In this document: in pieces, positions 1 to 13,478 of the stretch
How the letters are laid out: every line of letters starts with the position of its first letter
Numbering within the stretch: the first letter of the stretch is position 1
Assembly (NCBI GenBank): GCA_964106915.2
Contig: OZ066917.1
DNA: 64,000 bases
From: Podarcis gaigeae
Lineage: Eukaryota
Strand: one strand, 5' to 3'
The notes under the pieces: model-generated
Database searches by the model: none
What the model saw: only the letters and a program-made list of their open reading frames with translations
Told to the model about the DNA's origin: nothing
Position numbers and translations under genes: made by a program

Positions 1-1489
1 ACTTCTTTCCACATACACCACAGGGCATACTGAGCTCCTCCCCAGCCATCCCACCCAACCCCTCTGCTTCATTTCTGCTGCTGGGTTAGCCCAGTAAATC
101 CCCATCCTTTCCTTTCTAACATGTGATAATACAAGTCGCATTGTGAGCCAAAGGAACTCTGAAACAAAAACATTATTCACTGGAAAACCTTGTCTCTGTG
201 ACTGCCCATTTTGGAAATTAATTTAAAGTGACTTAGCTAAACCCACAAGGGAAGTCAGTAGCACAGTAGAAGTCAGTTGCCACACTCATGTTTTGTTACT
301 GCAGGATACCAACCCTGATGTACATAATACATACTCTGGTCCTTTTATGAACTCCAGGAGGACTGAGTGCAAACTCAGTTGCCTCCTTCCCATGAATCTT
401 CTAATCTTGGTTCTTTTCTGCTAGGCATTCATTTTTATTCAGTGCCTTCCTGAGTGATTTTATGGTCCTAGGTTAATGCCGCTCAGCATCATGGAAGTAC
501 TGAACCATAGGGCTTCTCCAGTTGCTAGAATGGATGCTCATTTTTTATTTAAAAGTACATGGGTAAAAAAACACAGCTTCCTAGACTACCATACTTCAAA
601 ATTTCACATTTTTCAGTGGTAAAGCATACACATTCTTTCATTCAACTAAATGCAGAAATCTCCCTTCGTTTCAAAGAGCATTGCAGACTTTCTCTCACTT
701 GGAGCCTCTCTGTAGCCTGCATTACTGTCATTTATTTTATTTTGTGAAAGTCCTTCACTGTGCAGCCCCACCCCATGCTTCAGAGAGCAAGACGTCAGAA
801 AAGAGGAACAGAATGTAATGTACTCTAGAGAAGTGCACTTACCAATTATATTTATTCAGCTGCATGGGAAAATCTCAGCAGTTCAGAGCAAATGTGCACT
901 GAGGTGAGTAACTCTGCAAACCAGTTTAGCTGGTGGGTCACAGGGGAGTTCCAAGCATCAAGAGTATGCTGTGCCTATAGTATTCAACTGAACATTATTA
1001 TTGGCCAATGAATGGGCTTAAACCCCCTAAGTATGATGAGTCTTTCTAGGAGAAAACTGGACACGAGCCATAGCCTTCTTAAGTCAGGACAAGCCCTCTA
1101 TAAACCACACAAGAATGGATATTATGGTGGGAGGATAATTGTGGTGAATAGCATACTGTGTATTTATTAGAGCTGAGCCAAAATTCAGCAGGTGACATTT
1201 TTCTTGGAATATGTTAAAGATTTTTTTTCTCTCCACCCAATAGATAAAGGCCACTTTCTGCACACGCTCCAAACTCAAAAATCTGTTCAAGCAAGTAACA
1301 TGTAGCTAGCGGAATTACATTTACTTACTTCATCTGTGCATGTAATTCTTGTCTTCCCCTTCCCACTCTATAAAAATCTTTGTATTTTGGCATTTGGCTT
1401 TCTAAGTTTTAGAAGGTAATTTTATGCAATTTATCACTAGAAGCTTCCCCGTGTTCTTAGAACTGTTCTTAGAACTGCATGGATGTAAA

Positions 1490-1727
1490 GAAGAGTTTGG
1501 ATTTGATATCCTGCTTTATCCCTACCCGAAGGATTCTCAAAGCGGCTAACATTTTCCTTTCCCTTCCTCCCCCACAACAAACACTCTGTGAGGTGAGTGG
1601 GGCTGAGAGACTTCAGAGAAGTGTGACTAGCCCAAGGTCACCCAGCAGCTGCATGTGGAGGAGCAGGGAAGCGAACCCAGTTCACCAGATTACAAGTCCA
1701 CAGCTCTTAGCCACTACACCACACTGG
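1490..1727 (-). mobile_element. tRNA-derived CORE-SINE (Squam3/MIR-like)
   Basis: Minus strand begins with A-box TGGTGTAGTGG, then B-box-like GGTTCGCTTCC and CORE-like gtgaccttgggc. Confidence 0.75.
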
Positions 1728-2154
1728 TAAAAGCTACCCCTGCATTATAGGGATATTTCCTAAGATTTTGCTACACTCTGGCTTCTGAGCATTGGGAGAG
1801 TAAAACCCAAAACTTCTCTCTTTGCTTACTTTTTTCTTAGGACTGGGCTGAGAAGAGAAGTCCTGGTCAATAGGGCAGTTTAGGCTATGGCAGGAGGTTC
1901 ATCCCATCTAGGAGCAGCCTATTGTAAAAAAAAAATATGGTACTTTGAGAGGGGGGATACTTATACCAAAAAAGGGTTTGACATTCATGAAAAGTCCCTC
2001 TCTGGGCCATTATTAAAGTAAGCCAAACTAATAATAATGTCTATAATATTTCTTGAGTTAACAACATCAGAGCAGGGATAGGTTTACAGTAAAAATCAAA
2101 TATCTTCCCTACACACAAATGCTATATAACTAGAGCCAAGATTGTGAGTAGCTT

Positions 2155-2449
2155 TGTAATGGAATTTGCTCCCACATGATTTTGTGATGGCCACCAGCAG
2201 CGATAGCTTTAAAAGAGGATTAGACAAATTCATGGCGGGTAAGGCTATTAATAGCTACAAGGCACAATGGCTACACTCCACCTCCACTGTTGGTGGTAGT
2301 ATGCCTCTGAATGCCAGTTGCTGAAAATCACAAGTGGGGAGAAGGCTGCTTTTTTAAAAAGCTCATGTTCTGCTTGTAGGCTTCCCATGGCCGTCTGATT
2401 GGCCACTCTGATGCTGACCTTGATCCAATAGGGATCTTCTTATGTTCCT
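2155..2449 (+). mobile_element. CR1 LINE 3' fragment
   Basis: Encodes FKRGLDKFM (CR1 ORF2 C-terminus-like) and ends in cttcttatgttc tail; similar copies elsewhere in the window. Confidence 0.7.
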
Positions 2450-2589
2450 AGACCCAGTCTCTCTCCTACATACTCTCTCCGCCTCTGGATACCTTGGCTG
2501 TTGTTTGTGCTGGGCTGGTGGCTGCTCAGCCTTTCATTTTTAGTCATTGCCTTGCTTTTCTTCTCTATCTTGCCTATTGACTTTTCAGG

Positions 2590-2897
2590 ATAATTTGTGG
2601 AATTTGTCGCCACAAGATGTGGTTGCTGCCTCTACCTTTGACAGCTTTAAGAGAGAACTAGACAAATATCAGCTCAGCAAGTAGTCAGGATGGCTGCATG
2701 TACCTTCTGGTTTCTGCAGCCTATGTTTCTAAACACCACTTCCTAGGGAACATGCCCTGCTCGTGGGCTTTCCACTTGTATCTAAATGGCAGTGGTCACT
2801 GTGGGAAAGAGGATGCTGGACTCAATGGGCCTTTGGCCCGTCACAGCAGTGCTCTTCTTTCTCCTGCTTTTGCTTCCGTAAGCTTCTTTCTTATGCT
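2590..2897 (+). mobile_element. CR1 LINE 3' fragment (more diverged)
   Basis: gctttaagagagaactagacaaat ... ctttcttatg, similar to 2155-2449. Confidence 0.55.
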
Positions 2898-4386
2898 TTT
2901 CTCTTCCCTCAGCCATCTCCAACAGTCACAACTGCCGTTCTCTTTAAAATGGTTCAACATTCCTCCTTTGTGTCTGGCGTACCCTCCTCTAAGTCAGGGG
3001 AAAGTTCCTGTTGTGTCATCACCCTGACCAGGGCATTGCAACTGGCCTCAAGCACATGAACTGGTGCTGTGTTTTTACCATGGTGAGTTGTCAAAAGCCA
3101 TTTCCCCACAGCATTTTCATTACCCACACGTTGAAGAACAATATTTTCACAGGCTTGGAAAAATAGTAATTTGAAGACTGCTCACGTGCAAAGCTTCCTA
3201 CAATTTTTTTTATATATATATAAAGATTTCACACCATTGCAAGCAGGGCCATCACCCAATTAAGAAATCTTAGTCAATTAATCAAATGAATTTAAAGTGA
3301 TTAATTAATCAAATTGATATAAATTTGCATATGACTTAAAGCAATAGGTATTAAGAAAAAGGCAGACTTTCATTGTTTTCAGATGATGCATGCATGTGTC
3401 ACCACAGTCACCATCTCAAAAGAAGCATTTGCTCCTGTGGGAGAGAGAAGAGGGAATGCCTTTTCTAAGGAAGCACCTGCCATCTGCAGTTTTTTAAGTA
3501 CTTGTCTTAATTAACATTTTAAAATGTGCTTTCTGATTAATTTAAGGTTTTGCTGTTGAAGTGTAAAGCCCTGAACAGCCTGGGATCTGCTTCCCTGTGA
3601 GACGTCCTTTTCCAAGATCATCATGTTCAAGCCTTTAGGTCATCAAGCGAGGTCCTCTTGTGGGTGCCACATGCCCTGGAAGTTGTTTTTTTTAGTACCA
3701 GTAGAAGAGTCTTTAGTGCTGAAGGACAGGAGGGGGAAGTATTATCCCATCTCAAAAAGAACTGATCCCTATTCTGAGTCCATCTCCCTGCTGACCAGGA
3801 GAACCTTTGTATTGTCTGCTTTATTGTCTCCATTTGCTAGCCCTCATCCAACTCATAATGGCTTCCTTAGTATTAGATGAAAAGGAGAAGTAGTGTAGCA
3901 ACCACCTATTGTTGGCAACCTATCTGCTGGTAAATTTGTATGGTTAACTTCTTCGTGTCTCCTGTCTGCTCTAATCAGCAGAAGGCTTGTCACACCTTTC
4001 TGGTTGATCTGTCCCAGTAGCGTGGTGGCAAATTTAGAAATGCAAGGTCCCTTCATGACACCATGCTGCCTCACTCCCATGTCTGAGATTATACGCTTTA
4101 ACTTCCAGAACGAAAGTTTTCCCTAAAACTTCCTGAGAGTGTAGTTTTGTGATTTTTAAAGATTTCTCAGCACCTTACCAATCTACTCCCTAGAAAGCTG
4201 AACATCACAATTAAAGCAAAAGTCATATTATATGACTGACAAATCAATACAGCATTTATAATCTATAAAACAATATTAACAACATAACCAAAAAATAAAC
4301 TAAGCACTGTTAAGGTCATACACACTCTCTCTACACCCCCATGACTCATAAGCTTTCACTTTGTTCAGCTCATTAGAATACACATA

Positions 4387-4612
4387 CAGTGGTACCTCGG
4401 GTTACATATGCTTCAGGTTACAGACTCCGCTAACCCAGATATAGTGCTTCAGGTTAAGAACTTTGCTTCAGGATAAGAACAAAAATCGTGCTCCGGCGGC
4501 GCGGCAGCAGTGGAAGGCCCCATTAGCTAAAGTGGTGCATCAGGTTAAGAACAGTTTCAGGTTAAGAATGGACCTCCGGAATGAATTAAGTACTTAACCC
4601 GAGGTACCACTG
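4387..4612 (+). mobile_element. Tc1/pogo(Tigger)-type MITE, family A, copy 1
   Basis: TIR CAGTGGTACCTCGGGTTA, TA TSD on both sides. Confidence 0.9.
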
Positions 4613-6829
4613 TACACATAATGCCCATGGCAACAACTCCCTTCTAAAGGTTCCTTGGGCAAGACAGGTGGAAAAACCATTGCTTGAAGGCCAACTGAGT
4701 CTGCCTCCCCTGCTCGAACCTGGCTGCCAAAAAAGGGGTCCATGGCACCACCACTTCCACCTGGGTCCCTAAGTGACTATACTTAAAAAAAGTGTTGTGG
4801 CGTTTGACTGTGTTCTGTCTTGGTATTCTACACAGACACATTTGAAATGGCTGTAGACATGCCAACATTTATGCTTTACTCATTTCTGTCTTGCTTTCAA
4901 GTTCTTCCCTTACAATGGGGTGGATCCTTTTTGCCAGCAGTGACCCTTGCAAGACAATTACTTAAGTTGCTTGGGGAGGGGAACTCTTAGCAGACAAATG
5001 CAGACGGTGGAAAGCCTAAGCAACCTCTTTCCACTGGTCTTTAACTCCCCAATCACAGCCTTCCAAGACTGCTTTAAATTAAACAAACAAACGCTGAGGT
5101 CTGAGGAAAAAAGATCCTGAACTCTGTCACATCTGGTTTAGCCCTTCAAAGACTGGTGTGTGTGTGTATAAGGAATGGAAATTGACTGGTGAGGCATGGG
5201 TAAATAAAGTTAGCCTCCGCTGCTGTGACATTGATTCAGATTTTGGCAGGATAGGTAGATTTAGTTCAAAGAGAAATCAGAGATAGGCAAGAATTGTTTC
5301 AATATACATTCCAGGAACAAAAGGAGGCTGTGCATTTGACCCTAGGCAGTTGCCATTTCAGGATGGCTATTTTTACAGCTAAGATGGCTATAAAAGTTTC
5401 ATACACTATTTTTCAATGTCACACCCACACCCCTCTTTTTCCTGCCCATTGGAAAGGTTTAGAACAGGAGCACCTGTGCTTGTGTTATTTTCTTTGTGAT
5501 ATATATTCTTGTTTTCCTTCATCAGATTCATCATATAAGCGGCAAACTAAAAAGGATGAAGCTCAAGGAATACAACATATGTTTTCCATTTCCCATGCAA
5601 AACTATTTCTCCATCTGATTTATTACCCACCTGAACAAAATTATGTTTTTATTCCATGTTTATTTCAATTTCCTCAGCATCTCCCATGTCTGGGGTGGGT
5701 ATGGGACAAGGAATGTAAACTGCCAACGATGTTGGACAAAGAAATCAGCTTTGAAATACAAATTTACAGCAAATCCAGGTTCTCTCCATGCATACAAATG
5801 AAAAATGCTGCTGCAATAATTTTTAAACTAGCAAATGCAAGGTAATCCTGGGAAGAGTGGTCTTCAATCTCCTCCAGACATCTTTTACTGAATGCTGGGA
5901 CTGTAGGATAAATCCACTGACAGCTATAAAACACTGCAGTGGCAGAAAACTTGCATATATTTGGCTGTAGCATGTGCATACTGTAGTTCTTTCTGGGACA
6001 CCCAGAGGCACCTTTGGGACCACAATAAGATGCTTCCTTGGCAGTCTTTGAAAATCATGGCTATTTGCTGGATGAACCTACTTGCCCACCATAGAAGTGA
6101 TCACAAGAGCTAATAATACTCTAAATACTGTGAAGCAAATTAATTACCATGCCTGAATGGGCAAGTAAAGAATCGTAAGGGTTACTTGTGGGATCATAAT
6201 GAAAAATGCATAGCCTGTGCCTTAGAAAAAGGGGCTCTCATCCAACCTGTTCTACAAATCTGGGCAAAGACAGGTGAGCCTATTATGTAAGACTGGCTGA
6301 ATAGTCTTAGCAAGGCTAATCTGCCACTGAAAGATGTGTTCCTATTTAGGTAGTACCAGAGTTTGCCAAAGTAAGCAAGCTGTGTTCTATAAATTGTCTA
6401 GTTCAAAAGGGTTCTGATTCTGAACAGCATCTTTAGGGAATAGTGAGGATAGAACAACAACAACAACAACAAGTTTTGCCACCCTTCTCTAAACCAACCA
6501 AAGTAGTGTACTACAAATAAATACAATCAAGACAACAGCATTATAAACACTGTTAAATCAGCAGAGCATCATGAAGTACATTACAAGCAGCAATACTAGG
6601 AAAAATGCAAAAGGCGAAATTAAAAAGATGTGCCATCATATCTTTGGTAAAAGCAGAGAAAGTAGGGAGTTGGACCGACCATAGCTCTGAAAGCAGCACA
6701 TTCCACCATCATGCATGGCCATCAAACAGGTCTCTGTAAGTGATGGTATCTTAAAAAAGTCCTCTTCATCCATATTATAATACATTTATGGCTAGGGTGC
6801 ATATAATGTAACATTTTACCATGGAGGAG

Positions 6830-7135
6830 ATATTTGGTTTGATTTGGATCTCAGTATGAACCTACCCATTTCAGACTTTCTGAAATGGCATGTGAACCAA
6901 AGCACAGCTATCCTTTAAAATTCACACTTCTCCAATTTTTGTGATGCAGTTCTCCAAGCAAACAATGTGCAGAAAAATGCATATATTACACGAAACTGCT
7001 TCAAAATGTGTATGTTAGGAGAAATTTGTACTAAAATGCTGACTGGAAATTTGCAAACTCATGCACAAAAGTGAAGAACTTGAAAATGGAAAAACAAAGA
7101 AGCAGCGAGAAGCCAGAATGGACACATCCATCAAT
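6830..7135 (-). repeat. Old interspersed repeat, same family as 59835-60260 in opposite orientation
   Basis: Reverse-complement similarity of the termini (gaagaacttgaaaatggaaaaa vs tttcccaatctgaagttcagttctcc); class not determined. Confidence 0.4.
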
Positions 7136-7574
7136 TTCTCATCCATCAGTTTCTCATCCATCCTTCCTTGGCTCATATAAACAAAAGAAAATGCGCACTG
7201 CTACTTGTTCATTTCCTAGAACATTTTTAGGCATGCCTATCAAATGAGATCTATATCCTTGGTACTAGAGATGTCAGTCATAGTGGGAAGTGCAAATGCT
7301 TATTTCTTCCTCTATACTTTTTGAAATCATGCCTCTGGATTAAAAACATCACATCAAAACTAGTAGCTTGTCCTGATAAAATCTAAGCAAATTCATCCTG
7401 CATCTCTCCAAAAGAAGAGGAATCTACCTAGCCAGAAGATGATAGAAAGTAGAGGATATGAACCTGCCCAAATATACAATATTACGTTTCAAAATCTCAA
7501 CCTCCCCCTCTCTCACTGCATGTTGAACAGCCTTGCATATGTTTTGCTATAGCAGAATGGGCAATGTAAAAATC

Positions 7575-7745
7575 AAAAAGAACATTAGAGCACATTTGCT
7601 GGACTGCACCATCTAGTTCAGCATTCTATACGCAACAATGGCCAGACATATGCCCAAGCATGAAGGCAACAGCTCATTCACTGTCTGTTCCCAGCGTGAT
7701 CATGGCTAATAGCTATCTTCCATGAACTCATTTGATCCTTTTGAA
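7575..7745 (-). mobile_element. CR1 3' fragment, old
   Basis: Reverse complement of the CR1 tail (gaacattagag...ccatctagttcagcattc...ccatgaactc). Confidence 0.5.
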
Positions 7746-10700
7746 AATAATATTTACTCCTTCATTAGGGTCCTTGAAGTTTGCATTATGACCTAATGAA
7801 GCATCTTGGTCAGCTTTCCTGCTTGCATGTTAATGGACAAACCAGCTACTTATCTGTGATTTAGTAACCAAATAAGGCTGCAGTCCTAACCCTATTTACC
7901 TGGAAGCAAGCCCCTTTCAATTCAATACAACTTAAATCTGAGTAGATATATTAGGGAACCTCCAGCCCACAGATCTGATTAGGCCCACCATTTGGCCCAT
8001 AAGGCTGTTTCGGCCAAGCCACATGCACATGCCCTCCACTTGATGCCATATATGATGTCAGGTGTGGGGCAGGAAAATATATGGTTGTGCCAAAAAGGGA
8101 GATGCAGGCACTGCCTATCGGCTGGTTGGCAACACTTGCAAAACCCTGTGTTGTATGTGGTACTTGGAAGCCCCAATAATCAGTTAATTGCTGGGGCTTC
8201 AAAGCTCTTCCTCTCTACGAGCACCAATTGCCAGGTGACTGTTGGGGCCTCAAAGTGCCCTGCACAGCTCTCTGCAGAATCAGCTGCTTGTCAGTGCTCA
8301 CAGAAAGCTATGTCTGATACTACGCCATGTGAAAGTCTCTTGTCTTCAGCAATCTTCATGTGTCAGCAAATTTCAAATGTCACATTTCAGAAAATCTGCA
8401 GTAATAAAGTCCCATGTGAGGACTAAGCATGTGAATTGGGTTGAAGACGAAGAGGGAAATAAACTCTTATACGAACAATACGAATACATAGTCTACAGAT
8501 TTCCAGAGGTCTGTAGAAGAGGCAATGCAGAAGATTAAGGTGCCTCAAATCTACAGCAGCCCACAGTATACAGAATGCATACTGCCTTTTCTAAAAGATG
8601 AATACACTTGCCATTTAGCTTTTCTTTTACCCTTGTGTGAGCAAATACAAACTTCACACTTTTTACGAAGTGTTAGCAACACTATGTGGGATCTTGAAAC
8701 AATCATAAGCATGCTGCCACAGAAACTGAAGACAATATAATAAGTTACAGTAGATGGTGCTAGACAGGTGAAAAAGATTCAAGACAGTCATTTGAGGATA
8801 CCTGCAAGATTTGCCCTTAAGCTAAGCGGTTTAGAAAATGTGCAATTTAGATTTATCTGTTCAGGAGGGAGATTCAGATAAAACAGTTGAGCTGGTGAGA
8901 TGATTAAAGACAAACCCCTATATTTAGATAATGCTCAGATTATTACCTTATCTGACACAATGAAGGGTACAAGCCCCAACCCCACAAAGCTCAACGCTGT
9001 AGGTGCAAGTAGAGGTGAAAATGACATGCATAAAAGATGCTGATTCAAGATTCAAGTCAATCCTCCATTGTGGTCCCTCTATTTAGCACTGGGAGGTGAG
9101 GGACAATAAATTGTCCCGTTTATTGGCATGTATCAAGCTATTCCTATTTTCAAAACACAGTAGCTTGAATAATTCCAATAAGGAAAAAGCCCCACATCAG
9201 TGTAAAATCTCTTTGGCTTGTCAGTTTAATGTGGATTTATAAAGTATTTTAGAATGCATGCTAGAGACTGGAAAGAGCTTAAAGGCTCTTCTGGAGTCAC
9301 AGGTATTGCATTTTAATGTATACATCAGAATTTACTATATCATCTTTCAGTAATTTGCATCATCATGCCAGGACTATGGATCTATGTATATTAAAGAGAG
9401 ACATGAAAATACCCAGGTTTATTGAGGATTATTTTGTTATGACAATAAAGTCTCTTATCACCTTAAAAGTACATCTTTTCTCTGAGTTAAAACATGTCTT
9501 CTGTTACAAATCCAGATGAGCATGTGTCATAATGGCAAGATTAACTGAATGCTGCATCTAATGAACCTTACTGTTTACATTCGGAAGCATCCAGCAAAGG
9601 CACATACTGCAGGGACACTGTAGAAAATGCTCTTTAAACCTTCAAAAGTTTATAATTGTTTTGAAAGAACCAATCCAGGTGCCGACCTGAAGAAGGTGTC
9701 ATCAGATGACCCATAGTCTGCCTCTTGAAAAAATGTAAAGGCTAAAGCCCTCAAATGGACTTTTTTGTGTGGCCACTTTGAAACAAACTATGTTCTGCAG
9801 GTGAACAGTTGCTCCACTACAATGAAATATGATGACAAAGTGAGGTCTGAAGCTTCCAAATGATATTTATTTCCATTTATCTGCAAACCTGGGGCTGGTT
9901 TATTGATTTAGCATCTCTATAACTGATCCTTCTTCAAATGATTCTAGGGCAAGAACTTTAAAACAACCATCAATAATTTTTCTAAAGGCTAAGTAACAGG
10001 AATGGGGAACCCAGGTGTTGCTGGACTACAACTCCCATCATCCTGATCCTGAGCTGCTGGGGCTGCTGGAGTTGGAGTCCAGCCTCTGGAGAGTCTCGGG
10101 TCCCCGCCCCCAGGAAGGGGCTAAAACATCAATAAGACTCTACACGGTAGCAGGTGAACAAAGAAAGCAAGTTATTCCAATCAGCCTTAAACCTCATCCC
10201 GCAGAAAGCCTGGACAAAGAGGCAGCATGCCGTTTCAGCATTACCTTGCTTTTTGTCTGGTGTAGCTGTGCATTGTGTATCTGCTATTTCTGGTGCTCCC
10301 ATATTAACAGAATATTATGTTTTAAGGTGTTGCAAGTGCAGTAGGTCTTTATCTCTAAAGAGATGTGAGTCTGCTTGGTTTCATTTAACCTTTTAAGCGT
10401 TGTGGAATTGCATATCACAATCTCATCTGTACTTAAACAAGCAAGAACAGCATTTAGAGACTATTGAGCTTCATGTATCAAATTCTCAGGGTTATACAAT
10501 CCTGCAAAGTGTAACCAAGCAAAAAACACAACACCAATAAGCCAGGCCAAGAGAAGGGACAAAGAGTTGCTCTACCATATGTTTGCGTGATTTCTATGAA
10601 CTACTAAGGCAGAGAGAGAAATTTGCTTCTGTTCAAATCGATACACTTTAGAATGTGGCAATACCACATCCACAAAGATGCCTACCGATTATGGTGGTAT

Positions 10701-11660
10701 AAGATGGAACACTTTCCAGTTTCAATAAGTACTGTGAAAGACCAGAAACTAAATCACAATGGATTGGCATAATAAAACTACAGTGCTAAATGTTTCGCCA
10801 TATTTGCCCAGCAGGAGGCTCTCTTGCTACACGCTGCATGAGGCAATTCTCCTCCTGGACTAAGGCACTCAGTCATAATCAGGAAGTAGAAGGCAAGAAT
10901 GTGACGATCACGCTAGCACTCAGGATGACATGGTATTAGAGGCAGTGGATCGTTTTTTCCAGCCTAGACGAATCACTCAGCATCATTTAGTCCTCTAACA
11001 CCAACTCATTTACCAATTCACAAGTTATCCAATAAGAGGAGAGAGAGGAAAGCTCTTCCTTTAAAATCTTTACACAAATCCCCTCCTCCCAACTCAGAAT
11101 TCATAAAGGTACCAAACCAGAAATTAAAAGCCAGAAACAAAAGTAGCATAATTTTACTCACTATAGTGCTGTGCAAAAATTTTCTTCTGTGTTGGTTTTT
11201 CCCCCTGTTAATGAGAGAAGAAAATGCATTAAAAAGTAAAAGGTAAAGGACCTTTACCTAAAGTGCATTAGAAAGTGATTAAAGGAGGAGAAAGTGTCAG
11301 TGAAATTCTCATTGGGTTAGGGTGGGTATTGCTATAAGTACTTTAGCTTTGAGGTGGCTAAATAGTTTAGTGAGTGCCTTTATTTCATTCTTCAAGTCAT
11401 CTCTCCAGCGATCTGCATTCTGCAATCTTCCCAAATGCCTGCTGTTTCTGAGGCTGCCTTCCACACACCAGACAGCTGGTTGTTTTATTGTGAAATCTTT
11501 ACTTTTAAAGAAATAAGTAAAAAACAAAGGGTAAAAGATATAATTTAATCTGTTCAAAGAACAGTTTAATCTAACACATTGTACTCAGATGTAAATCTCA
11601 TTGAATGGTGATTACTCCCAGGTAAGTGGGTGTTGGATTGCAGTCTAAAACTGCTCTGTA

Positions 11661-11902
11661 CAGTGGTACCTCGGGTTAAGTACTTAATTTATTCCGGAGG
11701 TCCATTCTTAACCTGAAACTCTTCTTAACCTGAAGCACCACTTTAGCTAATGGGGCCTCCTGCTGCCGCCGTGCCGCCGGAGCACGATTTCTGTTCTCAT
11801 CCTGAAGCAAAGTTCTTAACCTGAAGCACTATTTCTGGGTTAACAGAGTCTGTAACCTGAAGCATATGTAACCTGAAGCGTATGTAACCTGAGGTACCAA
11901 TG
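11661..11902 (-). mobile_element. MITE family A, copy 2
   Basis: Same TIRs, TA TSD, inverted relative to copy 1. Confidence 0.9.
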
Positions 11903-12706
11903 TACTTAGTATCTGTGTATTGGCTGAGCAAGAATAATTTATACATGTTCCCCACTTATTTGTTTTAATCCCCATAGCTTCAATCCAGAAATGCTTACCG
12001 TACATCAGTGCTTATCACTAAATTTATGACAGCTCTTGGGGACAGCAAGAAAGACTGGGTTGAATGCCTCTGTCTCCCAAGTAGTTTGTTGACATTGTTC
12101 TGAAGATACGTGCAGACCAGCATGGATTACGGTGTGTGCAATTCTATGTAATGGGTGCAGGATTTATTTTCTACCCAGTACCACACATCTCTTTTTGTGT
12201 GTGTGCATCCAGCAAGGCGATCTGTATCTTGAATGTGGCTTCTGCATATAGATTGCCCTTTCAGGGTTGGGGTGCATGTTGGACTATAGGTTTCCCATAA
12301 AATCTGCATCTCTAACCACCTTAGATGTGGCCTGCATATATACCTGAATAGCACTGAGGCTTGCAAAAGAAAAATAAATTAAAGACATAGGCCCATTTTC
12401 TTGGGAGGTGACAAATCCAGCATATTGACATTTCCATCTTTATTTTCATGTGGTAAGGCATTTATACAAAATCGTGACACCATCTGGGAAAACAGTATTT
12501 TTGAGACAGTTCCTGTATCATACAATGTCAGGGGTTTTATTACAGGGACTACACCTCACCATGAAAGTGAGGTGGTAGAATCACCGTATAGACTACAACA
12601 CCTCAAACTTAAATGCATAAATTTGTTCCTCCAGGTGGGGCGTGTAAGGGCTGTGTGACAAAGGACAAAGACCTGACTTGGTCAATGGTATTACAAGGAA
12701 CTTGAA

Positions 12707-12891
12707 TTTTTTTTTTATTAAAGATTTTTTTTGTTTTACAGAAGTAAGTGTAATGTCTTTCATATTTTTTTCCATGTAACATTTTTACAAATCCGTTTCA
12801 TTTGTTGAGACATTAGGGGGAGGAAAATAAAGAAGGGGTGGAGGGAGGGAAGATGGGTGGGGGTGGGGTCGGGTGGCAATGTTTCTGTTAT
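12707..12891 (-). mobile_element. Short L1-type 3' end insertion
   Basis: T-tract plus tttatt at the left end, G-rich tract inside, candidate 7-bp TSD acttgaa (12700-12706 / 12892-12898). Confidence 0.5.
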
Positions 12892-13327
12892 ACTTGAACA
12901 CCACAGGCTCGGAAAGGAGGAGGAACCCTTCTCCTGAGCAGCAACAAGCCCAGCAGCTGGGGAGTTAACACATTCCCTTCCCCAGGTCCTCCCACTGCCT
13001 TAACACACCCCTGCAGTGGTGCTGATGCTTCCCACCAATTGCATGAGAGAAACACAGCCCGTCTCTGTTTCCACAAGGTTCCTGAGTGGGAGGAAGGGAC
13101 AAGTTGTTGCAAGGGCATCCTATTTCACTCCAAAGGCCTTTGATGCCTCATCTGATTCATGGTGAGCTTCCCAAAATGACTTGTATCAATTTAATCAAGT
13201 TTAACTTGCAAAACACCCTCTAAGTCTAAAAGAATGCTTGGAAGTGTAGCTTGCTCAAGAGCCTGAACATTCTGTTTCAGCGCCCTCACAAGACTATAGT
13301 ACTCAGGGTTCTGTGAAGAGACACAGT

Positions 13328-13478
13328 CATGGGCATAGCCGGGGTGGGGATGGAGGGGCAACTGTCCCCTCTAAATCAATAAAAATCAATAAAAATACAT
13401 AGCAAACTGAGGTTCTGCCCACCCCCACCCCCACAAAAGGCGTGCCTCTCCCCAACAAAAATCCTGGCTACGCACATG
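13328..13478. mobile_element. hAT-type MITE
   Basis: TIRs CATGGGCATAGCC / GGCTACGCACATG; perfect 8-bp TSD gacacagt. Confidence 0.85.

Noticed and set aside
1650-1727. tRNA gene (A/B boxes)
   Set aside because: Head of a SINE, continuous with CORE and tail sequence
4387-4612. Recurring aggtta motifs as a CRISPR-like array
   Set aside because: Internal repeats of a dispersed eukaryotic MITE; no unique spacers or cas genes
5294-5845. 183-aa ORF
   Set aside because: TTG start, AT-rich, no recognisable homology or exon signals
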